Source: Catajapyx aquilonaris (taxonomy: Eukaryota). Taken from it: a stretch of 60,054 nucleotides of DNA. The stretch is from the NCBI GenBank assembly GCA_000934665.2, contig KZ537989.1, positions 124,001 to 184,054 of the forward strand, given 5' to 3'. A program made the translations under genes and the position numbers. Under the pieces are notes generated by a model. It ran no database searches. It saw only the letters and a list, made by a program, of their open reading frames with translations, and was not told where the DNA came from. How positions within the stretch are numbered: the stretch's first letter is position 1; each line of letters starts with the position of its first letter. Shown in pieces: positions 55,401 to 60,054 of this stretch.

Positions 55401-57416
55401 CTGGAACGATGGCCAATTGGAGCAGTGATGTTTGGGAGCTTGTTTTGATCGCTACTAATGGACCAACAGCGTGAATCGATTGGTCTCCAATCACTTTCCC
55501 GCCCTAGCTCTAAAAGGGCCTCAACGACGAATGACTCACTGGGCCAGCACCTCATTACCCTACCCGATCATTGTTGCTTGCCCCGTCGAATGAATGATGG
55601 GCCACGGACACCTTTTGTTGCCTCCTCCATTGTCATCGGCCGGAATGGAAGGCAGGGGAGACCTAGGGATATGAGATGGGCGCCTACAGCCTAGTCCAAA
55701 ATCCTAGTACACAAAGAGGCCACAAAGGCCACGTCCCTTGGGGGCAAAGCAAATAGGCCGGCGGGAGAGCCCAAATTTTCAATCAGGGGTAGCCTGCTTT
55801 TCATTTTTTTACTGGGGAGCACCCCTTCTAGGTCCCTCCCTGTAAATTACTCAGTGGTACCCACAAAAGCAGATGGTCCGCATGACGTCACTTCCAACAT
55901 CTGCCCCACAACAATACCGGTTTCACTTAACTTTGATCTGAATGGTCGCATTCCCCTATACCCAGCTGCTTCGGAATAGAGCCGTCTTTTCTCCACCATT
56001 CAGGTGGGCAACCCTCGAGAGGACCCTTCTTTTATTGGACCCAACCCACAAGGATACCGCAAGCAATAAACGGCAATAATTCTAAGGGCGCGAAATTTCG
56101 CAGCAGTATATGCCAAGAGTACCTGCAGGCAAAGCTGGGGTTTCTAACTTGGCCCAGAATGACGCTAATGACGGCAAGCTGACGCCTCCAAAGTTGGTTG
56201 GGACCAACGTCACCTACTCCATCTCTGGGCCCCCAGGCTGCCTGAAGGAAGAAGAGGCTGCTGCTACTGCTTCACAGAAACTACATCTCCCCCACTCTTT
56301 CTCCACAACTCCCCCAACAGGCTCCTCCAGCCACCCCTTCTGGAGCCTGACAGAACGCAGAGCAATTTGTCAGACTCCAGGAAACCAACTCCTCTGCCGC
56401 TTTGGTCAATAAGAAGGGGATGCAACTCCGTAACGAGGAATGAGGAACTGAGGACCTCAGGGCGCCTCTTTATAACCTTCACTTGCCCTACTTTGGGACC
56501 ATGTGCGACGACAACCATTTGCATTCTCTTTCATTCATTTCCCTCAACGACACTCCTTGGTCAACCCAACAAATTCCAAGAAAAGCCAGGTTAATTACGG
56601 TCCTCTAGTTCGGAGCTTCGGTGCGGAGAAGTGGCTATCTAGTTCGGAGTCATTATGATAGATGGCGTTTGTGCTTACACTGGCCATATTGTCGTGGGAG
56701 CCCTGCCACGTGCCCAGAGTTAAAGTTGCATGTGGAAAAATTGACACCAGACTGGAAAAGTCAGGTGGAAGATCCCCTACTTGATCCCTCTCAAATCCCC
56801 TCCGCTACTTGGAGGAAATTATAAGAGCAAGCCAGCTCGGGACAGAGACGAATTCCATCTAGTGTTTCCCTTACCCCCGGCAAGGAGTTTTCTTCAAAAT
56901 GCTGCTTGGCGATGTTCAATCCCGCTTATATTATTCATGAGACAGCAAAAGGGAGCATGGCGAGCAGTCAAGGAGATGGTCTCCCGGTCGGCGGATTCTG
57001 AATATTGATCCCATTACGACAAGCCGCTTAGGTGTGAAGCAGGGCAAAGGCAAAACTCCGCTAGCGGTATTGGAGCTAGAACCCTATATAGCCAAGGCCC
57101 TCTATATACACCTCTTTTGTGTTTTAGCACCCTGAATCAGGTTGGGGAGAGAAAAAAAAATGGAGGGTGGGGTAGAGGGTGAAATGTTTGACAGGCGCGG
57201 ATTTTAGGGGAGGAGTTTAGATCCCCCTCTTTTTTCCTTTGTCCGGGAAGAAACGTCAAGCATTTTAGCTTTGTTGATGATTCAAAAGCTTCTGATGTAG
57301 TGCTTCACAATATCGCCCTTCCTCAAACTTTTCCATTAGGTTGCTTGGATGTAATGTATGAAACACGTGTTAACAAAGGAGGCTTAAGTTATATTGATTC
57401 GCTTAATGCCTACACT

Positions 57417-57447
57417 AGTTGTGAGTGTTGCCAGAAGATGGCGTGGA
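57417..57447 (+). promoter_or_regulatory. Dispersed extended CTCF-like motif, copy 4
   Basis: AGTTGTGAGTGTTGCCAGAAGATGGCGTGGA, 28/31 identical to the reverse complement of copy 1. Confidence 0.6.
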
Positions 57448-58623
57448 CACGGAGACTTCCAGCTTTGTAACCAGTCTGGTGGAAGCCTCAGACGAGGCTA
57501 GTCCTAATAATATCTGTAATCAGACCACGTCATATTCAGTTTCCGGAACAGACTTGACCTCACATTAGGCCGCCATGCTCCGTACCAAGTACCCGCTGCA
57601 TTTGGCGACATGGCTCTAACAAAACACTTCTGCTAATGATACAGGCAATTAGCATCCGTCTCCCAATTTACAACAACCTTGGCCAATGACACATTCCAAC
57701 ATCTTACTCCCAAATGAACCAGTCCAGAAGTGGATGACCATCAGGATTTACGATTACATGGTGTAACCGCCCCCTCAGGAGAATATCTCACATAAGTCGC
57801 ATAATGGAAATTTTATGACCCCCTCTATTACAAAGTGCGCCGACGCTGACCAGTTTGTTTGCACCCCTTGAAGGCGTCGAGTGACCAACAACTCAAGCGT
57901 GACTAATTCCCGCCATTTTGGGTCCGCCGTCATTCTGGCTTATCTTCCCCCGATAAATCCAGCAGGCTAGGAAAACTCCGCCACGTCGAGTTTACCAACC
58001 GAAAAATGATTCCCTTAATGAAACGGCGTGCTGGAGGTGAGATAAACACCATCCACAGCACCCTCCATATCCAACCAGGCCCGGCAAGACAATCCTGGCA
58101 AAACCGTCTCGCCAAGTCTCTAGGGCCGGTTTCACCATACCCAGAACTTTTTCTGTTAATTATTATGGAAGCTCCTAAGGGAAAACTCCGTTTCACGCAT
58201 TTTCTTAGATTTTGTATCGTATATTTCTTTTTTAGAATTGAATTGAAGTTGGGGGGGCGATATTCTGAAGAAAAGCACAATCCAGACTTGGAGAAAGAAG
58301 GAAAACAAATGAGTGCTGAGGTCGCGAGGGAAAATCCACATCTCAGCAGAGACGACGGCTTTGGAGAAGGAATCAATACGCGCCTAGGATCCCAGTTTGC
58401 CAAGTGGCTTTGGCCTCCTGGCCTGGCCTGTGGGCTAAAACTCTACTCTATTATTTTTTAGAGCAATCCGCAAAAAGGTTATACACCTACGGTTAGCCTA
58501 AATGAGGCCTAATTAGTCCACAATCGCTTCGGTTTGCATTAACATTGTTCGCGCCACTAATGCGTGTGATATGTAAACTCGTGAAAAGTTATCGCAAACT
58601 GTAAACTATTTTAATCCTGCCAT

Positions 58624-58645
58624 ATTCAGCAAAATTTTGCTGAAT
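58624..58645. repeat. Perfect 22-bp palindrome
   Basis: ATTCAGCAAAATTTTGCTGAAT equals its own reverse complement. Confidence 0.95.
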
Positions 58646-59574
58646 GGGCTTTCCAGCTAATAATTGCGGGCGGGGAGGGATCAAAGAGTATTATTTTTCA
58701 CATACGTCCCTTGTTATAAAACAGTTAATCCGTTCATTATTCGATAATTGAATACCCAAACATTATTATAATTAGAATTAATGCATGTGAAACACGCAGC
58801 ATTATATGCCCACGCCGAATACACGACAATAAATTGCAATCTGCACCGAATGGCAATAGGGGTTTACCACCGGTGGACCTGGGCGTCAACCGCAAAAACA
58901 AATCATTCATAACTCAAATGGCTCTCCTAATAGTGAAATGTATGAATTCATCCATATCTGCCTGCTCTTAATTTTTTTCTCTCTCTCGCTCTCCAAAAAA
59001 TGTCAACCGGGTTCCAACATTTCCTAGTTCCTACTGACACGCGAAAAACTTCATCAAGGACCCAGGCTCTCCCAGCATGAAACCTGAATCTGCATTACAA
59101 TATGCGGAACACGTTCCAGCAGTCTGCTTATGCGGCCAAAACACGAAACAGCTGCGGATGTGTAACTCTAAACTAGTGGAAGACGTTGGGGGTGGGCCCC
59201 TAGGGTGCTGGAGGCTACTTTGAAACTAGAAAAAAAAGAAACCTTGGATCAGCTTTCCACTGCTGATTGGCTACCCTCAGGGCTGTTTTCAAGGAGGAAA
59301 AGTAGTTGCAATAGGTATACTGCGGACTGTTTTCCGCACTAAGAGTTGCAGCGAGCGGAAGGGTTTTAGCGGAAAAAAGATGAGCCCAGACCCCCTCCCC
59401 CCCCCCCNGCCTCAGACTGGGCCCGCTTTTCTTTACTTTCCTCTCCCGAAATGGAACTCCATTCACTACGCCGCAGTTCTTTTCACGTCCCCGCAGTTAA
59501 ACGTCTGGAAATCCATAAATCGGCTTCGGATTGTACCCGCAGCACTGAAAAACATTTAGTTTGTTAAACACTAC

Positions 59575-59636
59575 CGAGAGATGGCGCTTGCATTTTGTTA
59601 AACAATACTAGATGGCGCTGGACCCAAGATGGCGCT
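59575..59636 (+). promoter_or_regulatory. Triplet of AGATGGCGCT (CTCF-core/YY1-like) motifs
   Basis: The identical decamer occurs at 59579, 59610 and 59627, all in the same orientation. The third reads CAAGATGGCG, which is YY1/Pho-like. Confidence 0.5.
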
Positions 59637-60054
59637 TATGTTGGAGGTCATGTCGCAGCACTTTCTCCTGAGGGAGGGAAAAAAAAAAGAATTGAGCGGT
59701 AGCACCTCGTGAGAAGCGAGGTCCGTGACAGCCCCCAGGGCGGTCGTCCGTCCGGTTAACAACCCACGTGGGTCTCCCGCCCCAAATGAGATGCAGATGC
59801 GGATGGATGCCACGTGGGTCTCATATTTCTGTCTCCTCCGCAAACTTCCATCTCGAGAGTAGGAACTCTCTGATTTTCCTCTGTCGTCCAACCACCTTGC
59901 TAACTTTCCAACTAGTGATATGTAGCAACGTCGCAAGTCTCTGCTCTTTGAATTCTATTCTGAAGGCCCTGGGCTCTTACCACCTGCCTGTGCTTACCTG
60001 CCCCACCGACTGGAACTGGGCAAAAACTGTTGGGACCGAGAGGAAAATGACCTC

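Noticed and set aside
54895..55494. Longest ORF (199 aa, minus strand)
   Set aside because: No recognisable domain, non-ATG start, and a composition typical of translated non-coding DNA.

Overview
This looks like eukaryotic, animal-like (probably invertebrate) genomic DNA. By eye GC is moderate and CpG is not obviously depleted. There are many short A/T and G/C homopolymers, one 17-nt N gap and four single Ns beside G/C runs. I find no intact, recognisable protein-coding gene, rRNA, tRNA, CRISPR array or autonomous transposon; the longest ORF is 199 aa and the ORF track behaves like background. The window reads as a large intergenic or intronic region. Best-supported structures: (1) a dispersed ~31-37 bp motif, AGTTG-n2-AGT-n-TT-r-sCA-r-n-AGATGGCGTGG, in four close copies and one degenerate copy, in both orientations over 51 kb, with a CTCF-like 3' half; (2) further doublets and a triplet of AGATGG cores; (3) a ~60 bp inverted-repeat pair bracketing ~1.2 kb, resembling a non-autonomous DNA transposon; (4) a near-perfect 27-bp-stem hairpin at 33.67-33.74 kb; (5) a 46-bp x3 ATCGAT-rich tandem repeat resembling a MITE end. 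Weaker calls are a possible eroded non-LTR reverse-transcriptase fossil at 13.4-14.1 kb and a few small candidate exons defined only by splice signals.
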